A stretch of DNA of 63,435 nt, the filler included, from Intoshia linei (taxonomy: Eukaryota > Animalia > Orthonectida): NCBI GenBank assembly GCA_001642005.1. It is 7 parts of 7 records of this genome, joined end to end, with 100 filler letters (N's around TTAATTAATTAA, not from the genome) between each part and the next. Parts side by side here need not be neighbours in the genome. Positions count along the whole stretch, not along the records: positions 11,374 to 41,259 come from LWCA01000376.1; 6 more parts are not named here. One strand, 5' to 3'. This document shows, one piece after another, positions 11,374 to 25,159 of the stretch. The position numbers and the translations under genes were made by a program. The notes below the pieces were generated by a model, which searched no databases, had not been told where the DNA came from, and was given only the letters and a program-made list of their open reading frames with translations. Each line of letters starts with the position of its first letter. Position 1 is the first letter of the stretch.

Positions 11374-11690
11374 TGTAAAATTCCGGAAATTCTTCCAAAT
11401 TTAAGCATTACACTGGCACCATCTGTGAAAACGCATAATACATCCGTTAAAATATTCAAGTTATATTATAATAGTTTTTCAGTCAAAAGTTCAATTAATT
11501 TTCCAGAAGGACAACTTCCCTGAACTCTTATTAAACCTAAGTTGACATTATAGTTGTTTTCATAGAAGTGCACATTAACGTATTTTCGATTCCTAAAACT
11601 AGTTCATTCATCAAAGGATATACTAAAACGTTTACCATCTTGAACTGACTTCTCCATTTTCTCAGTTAACATTGATACTATTCATTTGAA
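11374..11690 (-). pseudogene. hAT (hobo-like) transposase fragment
   Basis: GKRFSISFDE*TSFRNRKYVNVH...NLGLIRVQGS...TDGASVMLKFG, with stops and a frameshift. Matches the hAT DxWTS and TDGAS catalytic motifs. Confidence 0.8.
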
Positions 11691-11713
11691 ATATGTATTT
11701 AACATATGTAATA

Positions 11714-11920
11714 CAGTGTGTCCCATTTAAAACAGTGCACTTGAAAATAAGAAGTTTATCAAAAAAGCATTTTAATTTATCTAAAGTATTTAAGAAAAAG
11801 TTAGAAACTTAAAATTATTTAATTTACAATAAATGTTCAAAATGACCATTATCAGATTGGATGCATAAATTAATGCGTTTAAGTAAATTGTTGAAAACAT
11901 GACTAAATCGAGATATCACT
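11714..11920 (-). mobile_element. 3' end of a Tc1/mariner element inserted into the hAT remnant
   Basis: TA|CAGTGTGTCCCATTT terminus. Minus strand reads FNNLLKRINLCIQSDNGHFEHLL*, the typical mariner-like C-terminus G(G)HFEHLL. Confidence 0.75.
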
Positions 11921-11959
11921 GTAATAACAAACATAAATCAAATACAGTTATGTCTCATT

Positions 11960-12034
11960 TTTTTTCGGGAAATCTCGGGAAATCGTAAAAATCCCGGGAA
12001 TTTTGTCCCGGTTTTTTTCCCGGCACAATCACTA
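11960..12034 (-). mobile_element. hAT left terminus with CCCGG subterminal repeats (second copy at about 29015-29058)
   Basis: Reverse complement TAGTGATTGTGCCGGGAAAAAAACCGGGACAAAATTCCCGGG lies upstream of the hAT fragment. A closely similar sequence ends at 29058. Confidence 0.6.
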
Positions 12035-13419
12035 TTTAAAATCATGGGAATATTTTCATTTGAAAAAAAATTATTAAAACTAGGGATAAACTAATATAAT
12101 ATCACAATCTTCAGATAAATTAGAAAAAATATATTAATGAACTATACAGTGCAATGGGCGCGATAATAAAACGTGCAAGTTACAAAGATCGACAAATATT
12201 CATAAATCATACATTCAATTTTTGTCACAATTGCACCTACTTATTCTTGAACCTTTGAATAATAAATCAAATTGACTAACCTTGTTTAGGAATTCAAATT
12301 TTGCGATAAAATCGTAATATTAATAGGAAGGTATGCAAAAAAATATACATATATATCCTAGTATACAGTAGTCTTTAAATTTCTATTGATAATTTAATAC
12401 TATGGGCTGCACTGTTTGCAGCCCACGACTAGTCAATTTCAGTATGTAGCTTACACACTGAAAGTCACAATTTCAACATTGTAATAGTCATATTAAAATT
12501 CAATACATAAGACATAATTTGTAATTTTTATTGACAATTTTAACGACACTGTCACTGAAGAGTTTGTGACATCATAAAACCATCAAATGGAATTTATATA
12601 TAAATAAATTTTTTTAAATAATATCTATATTTTTTTTACAGCCCCACCAATTATTTTATCTACGCCGCCACTGGTAATGAGTCATTATCATCATCATTCT
12701 AATGAGACTGATTTCAAAATGATTCAAAGTTTAAAATTGTCGGCAAGATGAATGAAAAATGCACTCAAATATGGAAAACAATTACAAATATCTAAAGATC
12801 TTTAACGCACACTACAGACATAATAGTAATACAGGATTATTTATATTTTTGTAGACTACATGTATTGTACTTATTTTAGTGTCAAGAGTTAATATTGCGT
12901 TGTAATTTTACAATCAATAAATTATCAATTTTCATAAGCATGAATTTAAATAAATAATTAAACGCGTTTTTAAATAGATTCAAATAAGGTTTGAATATAA
13001 CTATAAAATAACTTTATTGTAAAAAACATGAATTATTAATAATCATTTATTATCCTTATATCTTGAAACTTTGATCTGATCTGATTAAATAAAAGCTACC
13101 ATTGTAATCATAGTAATGAGATCTACAAGATAAACTATAACTCTTTCATATATTGAAATTTCACACAATATGTACTTAGACTAAGACTTTTCCAAATGTA
13201 TTATATTAATTTTTTCAGTGTACGAACGAAGCAAAAAATAAACAGTAAAATAAAACAATCAATGTTACACATTTGAAAGAAAAATTTTGTGGTTGAAATT
13301 TGTATTGCCAAGTTCAACTGGTTCATGAAGATTAAAAATAATAATATAAAAAGGATAGAAGGATAAAATTAATATATATTTAGAAAATTAACATATATAT
13401 GTACAAATTGTACATTACA

Positions 13420-15533
13420 CTATCTTTTTAATTTGGAGTAACGTCTTGTAGCCGGTCTTTCAAATCTAACAACCTAAAAGAAAATAAGAAAAATAAAAAA
13501 TCAACTACCTTTCCGCCATTGTTCAAATGAATAAATTCAGAAGCCATTAACCTTCGTCTTTTAGTATTGATACTATTTTTATCATCCTATACAAAAATTT
13601 TATAAAAATTCAAGAATCAAGATAACATTATAATAATTAATAATATATACCGTGGTATCCGTATTATTAGAGGTTTCATTTGAATGTGAAGAATTTTCAG
13701 TTATACACGTACCCGAATCACTCACAGTCCGAGTGTGGATATTTATGGGAACACTGATATTCGGTTTGATATCGAAAGCTGAACTAATTTCGGGTTTCAC
13801 GTCCAATGATGTACCAACATTAGCGTTAATCGATTCAATTTTAATGTTATTGGGTTTGGACGATTTTAATGAACTTGAAAAAATAGAATTTCTTAATATA
13901 GCAATAGTGGCACGGTTTGATATTTTTGAAAGATTAACTCCATTTATTTGAGGTCGAATTATTGGTTGCGTTACCATAGGAATCTGAAAATATTAGTTAA
14001 AAAAATATTTATAATTTTCAATTACATTTGGATTAGATGATTTTGGTAAAATTTTTCGCACATTAATAACAGGACAAGTGGATACTTGATTGATTTGATT
14101 AGAAACGTCAGTATTTTTGCTTAAATCTTGATCAGGCAGAGAAGTAAAAATCTGGTTGAGGTTGAGTATATTACCGTATTGTCCATTGGCTACTAAATTG
14201 GCTAGTCCGTTTTCGGGTTTTTTGTTGTACTGGATATAGCTCTGTTGGTAGTATCCCAGAAAAGAACCATTTAATTTTTTGTCGGGTTGTGGGATAGTAG
14301 GATGTATATTATTTTGTTTGAACATTTCTGCGTCGATTGCCAATTGAAGAGAACCATTTAAAGCAGGAGATAATGTGTGACTCAATTTAATTTTTTTGAG
14401 TTCAGGTGCTTCAGGCCCAGTTGCAACTTCTTCATGCATAGCAATATTTTTTTTGGTTTGTCTTTTCTGAGTAAAAATTCTTTTCCTATTTCGTTTCCGT
14501 CGTTTCATAGGTTTCTCTTGATTATTAATGAAAAATGTATCAATCGGCTTATTATTCGTCATATTATCGAGGTTTTCGTCAAACCTAAGCAAATACTTTT
14601 CAAAGAATCTCTTTACGTTGGCCGCGTTCATCATCTTTTTTGATGTATCCTCCTTTCTGAAAGATTTGCACATGTCAGACCATAAATCATTGCAAGATAT
14701 ATGATCATATCCTCCATTATCTTTAACGTATAAGTAAATAGCTTGAAGGCTTATATTGGAACAAGTTATGGGAAGTTTCTTGGGAACACGTGCATTTTTA
14801 TACTTTAATATGCTCATTACATTTCTTTCAAATTTTTTCTCTTCGTCGTTCAGTTTTATTCTCGCGGTAACATTTTTTTTGACATTTTCATATACATAAG
14901 TAATGGGGTCGTCTGTTTTTTTCGTGTTTTGTCTACTTCGCAAAGAATACGTTTTTGAACAATTGATCCATAATTTTTCTATTTTTGATTCAACCATGTA
15001 AAAATCAGTACAATAAAGTCGTACTGGCCGATTAGGTAACATGTCAGTTGGGAACGGTCCTTTATCTTTATTTAATTCATATGCTCGTTGTTTGGAAATA
15101 AAAGATATCAACATCTTGTATGGAACAACCATTGGATAAGATTTTTTTGTAGGCAACACATTGCTGTTTGCCAAATGATAAGTTATAATTGTGCCACCAG
15201 ATTGCTTTGCTTTTTGCATTGGTGTATAAAAATTGGCAAATGTATCAATATCAAATGTCATTCTTTTATCATATGACGTAACGGCCATCTAACATTCAAT
15301 AAAAATCTAAATAATCAAAAAATTACCGCGTGTCTCGTATTGTATAAATAAACATCGAAACATATGAAATATTCTTGGGAATTTGCTAATTTTGTCCATA
15401 TACTTGTACAGTAACAAAGGAAAAACTTTTTTTCGTATTGGATATAAAAGTATTGGCCTTTACAAATTTTGTGCTTTATTTTATTGTTTTGTACATCTTT
15501 AAATGTAATACTTTCGTGATTATATTCAGGCAT
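13420..15533 (-). CDS. Divergent ARID-domain protein, ARID5-like (644 aa, 5 exons)
   Basis: Exons 15533-15327, 15288-14026, 13983-13651, 13586-13509, 13473-13420; phase-0 GT-AG introns of 38, 42, 64 and 35 nt. ARID: EEKKFERNVMSILK...ISLQAIYLYVKDNGGYDHISCNDLWSDMC...VKRFFEKYLLRFD. N-terminal region (VRLYCTD) and post-ARID NKPI recall ARID5B. Confidence 0.8.
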
Positions 15534-18415
15534 ATTCTAAACGGTACATTATAATGTAAAACCCAATTTAATGAAATTAAATTACAATCTTAGAAATAAA
15601 TATAGTCTTGACAATTTAAATATAAATGGCAAATTAGTTGATAACCATGTTGAGCGATAATCTTATTTGTTATATTTTAGTCGTGTATCAAAGTATATTA
15701 AATATTGTTTATAATTTAAATTTTAGTAATTAATGTACAATTTTAATCAAATTGATGTAATTTAAAATTATGGGTTAATTAACTAATGGGTTCACTAACT
15801 AAACGATTAAGTCAATTTGACGCTTGACAATGATACAAACAAATTATGTCGTCAAGATAACATAAAAAATAGTTGACACATCCAATCATAAATAAGTTTA
15901 TACGATTAATTGTTTATAATTATAAATTCACAAGAATATAAAACAAATTTATCCAAATAAGAAAATAACCTAATTAATAAATTTCATTTGCTACTTTTTA
16001 ATTGAAAATAAATTTTTTTTAATGTATTCACGCAGATGTAAATAATTGTTTATATAATGGACTAAAAGTTTAATTTATTCGATTCTACTCACAGTTGTGA
16101 TGATTAAAGAAAAAACTATTCTTCTGTAACTTAACTATAACTTATTAAACCGTAATTTATAAAAACCATGGGATTGTTAGATATTTTCTTATTTATTCAG
16201 ATTTAAACGGGGGAAAAAAATAATTCCACTGCAAAAAGCGCTTAGTAACTAATGACAGCCATAATAAATACATACATAGAAACGAAGAAACTACGCTACA
16301 ATGTCTTGAACCTCCTGCGAAATTAAAACTATAATTATCACATAATAAACTAGACAGCCTCTAGGTATCCCATGCCAATATACCGTATACCTTTTTCGAT
16401 TGAAATTAAAAAAGCTCATGTTAATTTTATTTTTCAAAAATTTGTGTAATAAAAACATTTACTACAATAAACGTACTTATTCGGCTCCTATTATGATAAA
16501 TTTTGCGTTATCGTTTCTTATCTTATTGAATTCAAAAAATATCTGACGAATAGAGTTTATTCTTAACGGAATCCATTAAAAGACAAAAGGTGTAAAATCT
16601 GTAACATATAAGAGTAAGGTATGCGAAACATGAGGTAAAACTAAGATGATCGGACAGGAAAGTTGTAGTGGAAGCGAATGGCGTGGCAAAGAATAAAGCT
16701 TATGGCTGTATTCGAAAAGAAGATTTAGGTTTAAGTCGAAATGAATAAGTCTGAAAAATAATTTAAACCACCTTTAACTGTTTAAATACCTTTCAAAAAG
16801 TGCGTGTTAAGTTGCCCCAAAGTTAATTCAAAACACTAAAAAGTACCTTTATTTCTTCTTTAAAAAACACGGCTATATAAGCAATGATATCTTGATTTTA
16901 ATTATCGAACAATAAAATGGGCCATATAATGAAAATATTAAATAGTAGATACTAAATAATTAAGTAAAATTAAAATTTGCCACAAGTAATTATCTAAATT
17001 TTGTATAAACAAAAAATATAATGACTAGGTCAAACTATATCCTTCAAAGAAGCGCCGAAATAAATAATATTACATACTTACTAACGAATAATTGATCATT
17101 TTAAATAATGACACTAGGAAAGTTAATAGTGAATCACTATTCATTCTATTAGTAATTATCTCATTATAAATTGCACTCATTGTGTTTAACAAAATGGTTT
17201 AATGCTATATTTCGAAATTCGAATTACTTTAAATAAAAGTATCTAATCATACAAATTCTTGAAACGTTTTATACATGTATTTTCAACCATTTTCGGTATT
17301 TTTGCAACCAATTCCATAAGTTATAAATTTTAAAGTAAGACTAAAGAACTCGTCACCGATACAGACCTACAGTATTTGACGAATTCATTCGTCCCGAGGG
17401 TATGTTGGCGTTACATATACGCAATATAAGATACTTATATAAATGGTTACAATTTCATAACTACAGAGAAAGTTAGTAAAATTTTCGCTTTAGTTGTACG
17501 TGAATGAGGTAGGCTATCCCTGAAAGTAATAAAAGACTAATATGATAATTAAAATAGTTAAAATTAACTTTCTAGGTAAATTCAATTAATAAAGTAAATT
17601 CTAACTACATGCATTTAATCCATATTAGAATTTTGAGAATCAATCCAAAATAATAAGTAATAAATGTATAAAGATACATAAAAAGTTTGAAAAACTAAGC
17701 ACGAATAACGTCAAAATTGTAAAACATGTAATAACTCTTGATAACGCAATATAACACAGTAATAAAAAAATCTAATAAGCTTAGTATACTTATTTAAACA
17801 TAATAAAATAAAAACAAAAACATACTTGACAAAAGTCCGAGATTTGACTTAAAACAATCTAGTTGTAAATAAAAATTAATAAGAACGAAATATAAACTAT
17901 GAAATAAATAAGATGAATCTTAATAGTTAAATTGTGTGCATGGTGATGATCATTAGGCAATATCATTATTAATGAAATTAGCTGAAATTATCATATGTGT
18001 GGCTATATTTGTTGGTAATAACAAACTTAAATGTACACAAAACCACTTAACACAGCCAATTTTAGGTAATAATTAAAGATAATTATACTTAGAATACATA
18101 GATAATAACCAAAAATGCCTTTCTACATTTAATTTATTGTACTGTCCAATATTTATAAATTATAATTTTTAACAGTATTTAACAAGCCAAGAAAAATTGT
18201 AACACAAATGAGACAAATTTAAATTTAGCATAGTGATGAAAACATATATTACACAAATATAATATTATTATTAAAATAAAAACAGTACCAAATAATCCTA
18301 ATTTTAATTACCAAAATTACATTACAATGAGCCTTTGTATGGTAAAATAAAACATCCACTTGTTACACGTATCCCAGATGCGTCTAACGGGGTACATCTT
18401 AACATTTATAATGTA

Positions 18416-19174
18416 CTAGATTGACTCTTATGTCTACGTACAAACAGCACCTAGCTCTGCCGAGGGCACATTTTTATTATACTTAAAAAATAAATTCACG
18501 TTGAAAATCTAACTTAAAAAGCCTACTATTCACTATTATCAATCCTTTACAGCAGTGGTTCCCAAATTTGTTTCAGGTGAACTATCATATCACATTAATT
18601 TTTACTTTAAAGTGAATTATTCCATCTTAATTTTTTGTTTGTTAACATTTGCGTAAAAGAATTATAAAAACAATTGTTATCACATTTTTTGTTTTAATAA
18701 AATATTTCGAAAAAAAATATATGAAACTAAAATGCTTTTTTGACCATGAAGTCATCACTTATTCGGATTCAAATTTTTTGTGTGTGTTAACAGGATACAA
18801 CTGTACCACCCGTAAATTTTGTTAAATTCTAGGGCTGTTTTCATTAAAAAAAGAAAGGTAATTTGTGGTTTTGGCCCTGAAGATATAATTTTTTTAAATT
18901 TAAATTTATGATAATGTTTATGATTTTAAAATTCGTATCAGCGTATATATTTTTATAAATTCTCCAACTCGTTTGATTTTCAAAAATAAAGGAAAATTGT
19001 GGTTTTTGACCCGTAAGATCTGAGTTTTGGAGGTTTAAATGTATCTTATTATATGTCCCGGAAAAAACTGTAATTGAAATGTGGACTTTATAAAATTCTA
19101 AGACTGGTAGTAATTTCAATAAAGTAGAACACACACACAAACAAAAATCGCGTAGCATATTATATAAGTAAGGA
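18416..19174 (-). mobile_element. Full-length non-autonomous Helitron-like element
   Basis: On the minus strand it starts A|TCCTTACTTATATAATATGCTACGCG and ends with an imperfect hairpin then CTAG|T, the Helitron 5'-TC / 3'-CTRR / A-T target rule. No TSD; many related copies in the window. Confidence 0.75.
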
Positions 19175-22100
19175 TAAACTAATTTTAATACTAGTTAAAT
19201 TTAGTAAATAAATGATATTAAGTCGCCCCTCCACATCAGACGGCCACGATTTCCAATAAAATTTGATAGTTACATACTAAAAGTTATTATACGACTCCCC
19301 TAAATACAAAATGGTAACTTACATATGATAAAGTAGGAAGAGAAACTTTAAAATATACATTTTATTGTACTAAATATAGTTTCTTTATTTGATTATTGTA
19401 TTAATCTCTATTAACTACGATACTTTGCCATACCTAATTTTCTTAAACCAAAAACCTCACACCGTCTACACATGTATAATCACCAATTTGATGTATACTA
19501 CATACTTACTACCATTCTAAAAAACACTATTGGTACATTTGCAATTTGCAACTGCATTGTATTTGCAACATAAATATTTAAACTTTATTTACACATTAAA
19601 AATATAAAACAAATTTTATTAAAAAAATGACACAAGTGATAAGTAATTGCGCATTATAAAATAAATAAAAAAATAAATATAAATAAATGATAGATAAAAT
19701 GAAGCCATTAATTTATAAAATACAAATTTTATAAATAAACAAAAAATAACTGAAAATCTAATATTCTAAAATTTAATACACACTTGAAGCGAGAGTTTTG
19801 GCATATTAATTCTGATAAAGATGAATTAAATAAAATCATGATTCACGTTAAACAGAAAAATGAAATTATTAACAACCCAACTACGTTAAAACCTAATAAA
19901 ATTGAAATTCAAGTCGATAAAGCAACATGGATTAATTAAAAAATTTGTTTCCAAATTTACACAAATTATATAAATTTCAAAATATTACCTATTTGATTAA
20001 TCCAGTGTTGAAATGCAATTTGTGATGCAGTTTTGTTATCTCACTTATCAATTTACCGATAATTAAAGTTGCTAAATTGATATTTTCACGTTTGTAGTTA
20101 ACTATAGCTAGATATACAATTGATATTAATATTTTAAAATCTCATATTATAGGTTATTTCTTAATCAAGTGTTACTATAACATTAAACATTTGTATTTAA
20201 TGTTTCACTAAAACTATCAAATGTAATAATTTTCATGCTGTCTATTTGATTTGGAATTTTGAATACATTTATAAAATTATATTTTAATAAAAATTTTACC
20301 TTTAAAAAGTTAAATTTAATAAAATTAAATTGAATTTTTCAGTAATATATCCATAAAATAAAGTTTGTCGACAAACAAAACTCAATATATTCAATTATAA
20401 TTACAAATGTATGTGTAATACATAATTATCAATTTTTAAATTTATAAATTTTTTGTATAATTATAATTTAACGGGGCTAGGTGTTTATTTGGTAGAAATA
20501 TTTTCAAATTATTAGAGTATCATGAATCATGATATTTAAAATACAACATTTTATAATTTCATTTAATGAACTACATGTAAAGTATTTACAAGTTAACACG
20601 AAATCGCTTATAAATACGCTTATTATAAAATGCGTTAACCAAATGTACTTTAGATTCATCATTTACGTAGCTGAAAAACTTGTATATAAAAAGTGTAAAA
20701 AAATAATATTTTTCTATCATATGACCTGATTACCTGAGGTAAAAATCTTATTTTACTAATACCATCCTGAATATAATGAAATTTGAACGACTCAATACGC
20801 AGAAATGATGTATGATCAACCCGTGATGAGACAATCCACTTTTAACAACCCTTAAAAATTAATTTATTCCAACTTTTTAATTTATAATTTTCTTTAGCTA
20901 AATTTTTGTTTTTATTTCAACGACTATTAAATAATCCAATTTGAATGACACAAAATAAAAAAATTCACTTTTAACAAGACTTCACTACAAGGATTTCCAC
21001 ACTTTTTTCACCACGGACAGGTAATTTACTCAGAAATTTCTCACAACCATAAAACGATCTTCCTATGAAAAATTTTAAAAAAGTTAATAATACAAATGTA
21101 ATAATTATAATTTACATTAATATTTTACACCGACAGGTAAAATTATTTCAAGGACGTCATTTACGAACCACAGATTTAGTAAAAAATAAAATTTTTAAAT
21201 AAATTCATAAAAAAATCCTTTTCCAACTCACTAGCTAAAATATTGGTCTTATTAAAAAAATAAAAATAATATATAACCATATACTAACCGAACAACTATA
21301 TACTAAAAATTTCTCTTTAACCATAGATGAGAAGAATCAACTTATTAACATTACTACTGTAAATAAAAAATACCCTTTTTTCATAAATTTATAAAAATTA
21401 ATTTTTTCGATCAAATTCGGTATAATTCTAGTTAACTTGTAAATTAATTAATAATCGTCATAAAATTAATTAATTTTTAACAATTCACAAAATTTTATTG
21501 ATTCTTTAAAAACCATTATTTCATACACATTAAATTTTTTTATTAACCATACTTTCAACGGGGATTTTTAAGATTTTTAAGATTTTTTTTAACCAAACCT
21601 TAAAAGGGTTTCGAAAAAATTAAAACATAAAAATAATTTTAAAATGTAAATACGACTACTAAGACATTTTAATCCTTGTCCTATATCATAATAAAATGTT
21701 TTTCTGGTACAAATAATTACATATATAAATATATATAAACATTATTATTTACTTGATGTTGACAAATATAATCAAAGTTGGATAATCAAACTCTCGATTA
21801 GATTACTTATTTAATTAACGTCTCAAACAAATTTAATAAGGCCGCACGTTTCTAAATAAAATTTTATCAAATACAGCAATGCTTCTCATTGAGTGACTGG
21901 TTACCCTCGAGGGGTGAATAATTTATTAATGGATAAATACGAAAATTTTAGGTGATTGGAGGTGAATAATAAATTTTTAGCATATTTTATTCAATTTAGT
22001 AAAATCTTATGAGAAGAAAGCAACATTTTACCAACCACTTTTACCAATATTTTTCTATAAAATTCTTTTACCCATTTTACCAAAAATTAATTTTTTTTAT

Positions 22101-22512
22101 AATAATTCAAACTGTTCAGAAGGCCGGACTAAAGTGTCAATAAGGTCGCACTTTCCCTACCTCTGGGATATACTATTAATGAACATTGTTAAATTATTGA
22201 AATTAGTGAAAATTTGAATAAAGTTAGTGTAAACATTTCTAAAAATGAATAGTCTCGTAAGGGTTAAGATTTAAAATAATCATTAAAATTTATTATATAG
22301 TTGACGGTTACATTAAACTGAGCTTTAAATAAATCTTTAACAAAAGAGAAATTTATTTTTTTCATTATCTTCTTTGTAAAAACCCATTTTTTTATTGTAT
22401 ATAGTGAATCTGTCAAAAAGTTGATATTTAATTTTCATTATTGACAAGTTTAACTGTATATAAAAAACTAGAGAAATGTAGATAAAATATTATTTTCAGT
22501 ATCAGTGTAAAC

Positions 22513-23399
22513 CATGGTTTCTTAACGTTTTTTCACTTTGCACCCCTTAATTCAATAAAATTCGATTTGGCACACCAAAAATTTAATAAATTAAAATTAG
22601 AAAAAAGTTAACATTAATGTTTAACAAAAATGTGTATACTTAAACTAGAGTTTCCATAAGGGTGTCACATTTTTAAAAAAATTTTAAAATTTTGGGCAAT
22701 TAGCACTAAAAGTGTGTATTTTTAAAATAAAAAAACTAATTCGCAATCAAAAACATTTAACGCTATCTATTCAAGTTGCGTTTGTCATTTTAAATATCAC
22801 TTTAAAAATATTATGGAGAAATTAAAACTGAACTTTATTTTAACGTAAATTGGCGTTTGAGCTTTTAAACGTGTTTACCAACTTTATAATATTGTTCTCC
22901 ATGTTTAGTTATACAGTTTATTTTTTTAAATTTGTTTTTATCTCAATTTTTTTAGATTTTATTAACGATTTAATTTCTCGAATTCTGGCTATTTACATTA
23001 TTTAAATTTTATTGCACTTGTTCATTGTATTGTAATTCAATGTACTTATAAAATCTGGACTCTTACATATTAATCTTAAACTAATGTACATAAAACACTG
23101 GTTTGTTTGATTTATCAATATCATTTATTTTAAATTAAATTTTTTTAAATTTTTAATCATGACTTAATTTTCTTTTTTTAACATAAATACATATTGTTAA
23201 ATTTAATGGATTTAAAAACGAGAAATGATTGTATGTAAAAATATTAAAATTAATAAATAAAATTTAGAATGAAGCTAACTTTATTTAACTTATAAAAATA
23301 TATCTGTAATTTCTGAATTTTCTGACACAACCAACAAAACTGGTTTCGTACCCCAGGGCATCCAGTCTGGGTACAGACACCTCAGGTTAAGAACCCATT
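22513..23399. mobile_element. hAT MITE carrying an internal segment of another repeat
   Basis: TIR CATGGTTTCTTAAC / GTTAAGAACCCATT; TSD GTGTAAAC / ATGTAAAC (7/8). The internal part at about 22657-22872 is the reverse complement of about 60153-60357. Confidence 0.75.
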
Positions 23400-23551
23400 A
23401 TGTAAACAATATTAAAATTTATTTCTATAATCATATATAATAAATTGGTCCATATTTTCAGAGAAAATAGCTTCTATCGGACAAAAGTGATATATCGCTA
23501 TCATATTAATCGAGATTCGAATATATACTTTTTATATAACTCACTTGTGAT

Positions 23552-23660
23552 GTCTAACTGGCAGAGTGGTTATAGTCATATAATTATATTTTGCGTGGTT
23601 CGAATCAAAATTTGGACATCTTTTTATTTAAAATGAACTTATCTGCCAATCGTTACAAAA
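23552..23660 (+). mobile_element. Possible tRNA-derived SINE (degenerate tRNA head plus repeated body)
   Basis: A-box-like TGGCAGAGTGG, B-box GGTTCGAATC and acceptor-like GTCTAA/TTGGAC pairing, but no valid anticodon arm. The following CATCTTTTTAT..TGAACTTATC..CCAAT(C/A)GTTACA recurs at about 23750-23800 and 50439-50491. Confidence 0.5.
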
Positions 23661-24631
23661 AATATAGTTTTTAGAAAAGTGGTAGTCAAATACCTTACAG
23701 AGCGGAACTTACCGAGCTCGAGACATCCCGAAAATGATCCCGACTTGAACATGTTTTTATTTCAGTTGAACTTATCTCAGTTGCTCTCTACCAATAGTTA
23801 CATGCCATTATAAAAATTTGATATCAATTTATAAAAAATTAAAATACCTGACGATTACAAAAATTCAATAATTTAATCAATATTATTATATAAAATAAAG
23901 TTTTACTCTTTAAATTAGCCAATAGTAGTCAATCTCTATAATATTCTGTAGTTTATGAAAATCGCAGAGTTTTATTTTTATATTTACGTAGTTAGGATAT
24001 TAACGAGTTTCGTTACATATTTTAATATAATTACAAATTCTTATAACGAAATCATTTCAAGAGTTAAAGATGATTATCATGTCAGTAAGATATTTTTCAT
24101 GTAAGTAAAACCCCAATGTTATAAAAAAAAATTTTTCAAATTTATTTTGGAAATTTTAAATTTAAATGACAGACAATATCTTTTGTCTCGATAAAGGGTC
24201 ATTGATAAAATGTGCATGTAGTAACCAATAATAAATCAATACAATTAGTTCGTAATAATTCTTTTAGTAAATAGTTTTTAACAGATATAAACTGAACAAA
24301 AAATAATAACAAAACGTTAAGTCTAACCCTACAATTTGAAAAATTTTAATTTTAATTTGAATAACAGGTAAATCGTTTAAATAATTAGATACCACTGTTG
24401 TAGTAATGTTGTCAGATTGTTTGACATATAAAACCAATTCTCAAAATTAAAATTATAAGTTAAAAATAGTTATTATTATACTTTAAACATCGTAATCTCA
24501 TCAAAATATCGTCAATATGAAAGAATTATAAAATGATAAATTAATTGTGCACATCAGAGCTTCTTAAACTCTGTCATCAAAAATATGCTAAATATGTTGC
24601 TAAATAAAGAGCTAAAATATACTGATATGTA

Positions 24632-25115
24632 CAGAGCCGTTTTATCAGGTAGGGAATATGAGCTATAGCCTAGATCCACTCATTATAAAAGTACTTCACA
24701 CTTATATCTTAAAAAGAGGCCCCAATTTATTAAAAAATACTTCACATTTATATCTTAATAAACAGTTTATAAGTAATAAAGTGTGGGAATTCAAATAGCT
24801 AGAAAGAAAATAGTTTAAAGAATCAAAGTTCTGGTAAATTATTCAATTTAAAATATATTCTACAATATTCATCATATAATATTGACATAAAAACTGTTTC
24901 AAATAATAATATTAAACATTAAAACCTTTCTATTCGGTGAATATTCAAAAAATAAAGTAGGAAATCTTTGATTTTATCTTATTAATTTTCAAAAAAGGGG
25001 CCCTAAAATTTTTTTATCGCTGCGCTTGAAATACTTTTTTGCTTCGTTCAAAACTTTAAAGGGCCTCCAGCCCTTTGCTTAGCCCAGAGCCACGAAGTGG
25101 CTTAAAAAGGCTCTG
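24632..25115. mobile_element. hAT MITE
   Basis: TIR CAGAGCCGTTTTA / TAAAAAGGCTCTG; perfect 8-bp TSD GATATGTA (24624-24631, 25116-25123). Confidence 0.9.
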
Positions 25116-25159
25116 GATATGTAATAAAAAATTAAGTGAGTATCCATGACTGTCGATAT

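Noticed and set aside
13652-15276. Plus-strand ORFs 13652-13951, 14377-14643, 15088-15276
   Set aside because: Antisense to the ARID gene exons; no motifs.
18844-19158. ORFs 18844-19158 and 32569-32778 (similar to each other)
   Set aside because: Chance frames within the non-coding Helitron-like repeat; frames are not conserved among copies.
23552-23618. Functional tRNA gene
   Set aside because: A and B boxes are present, but the anticodon arm and T-stem do not pair; treated as a SINE head or pseudogene.
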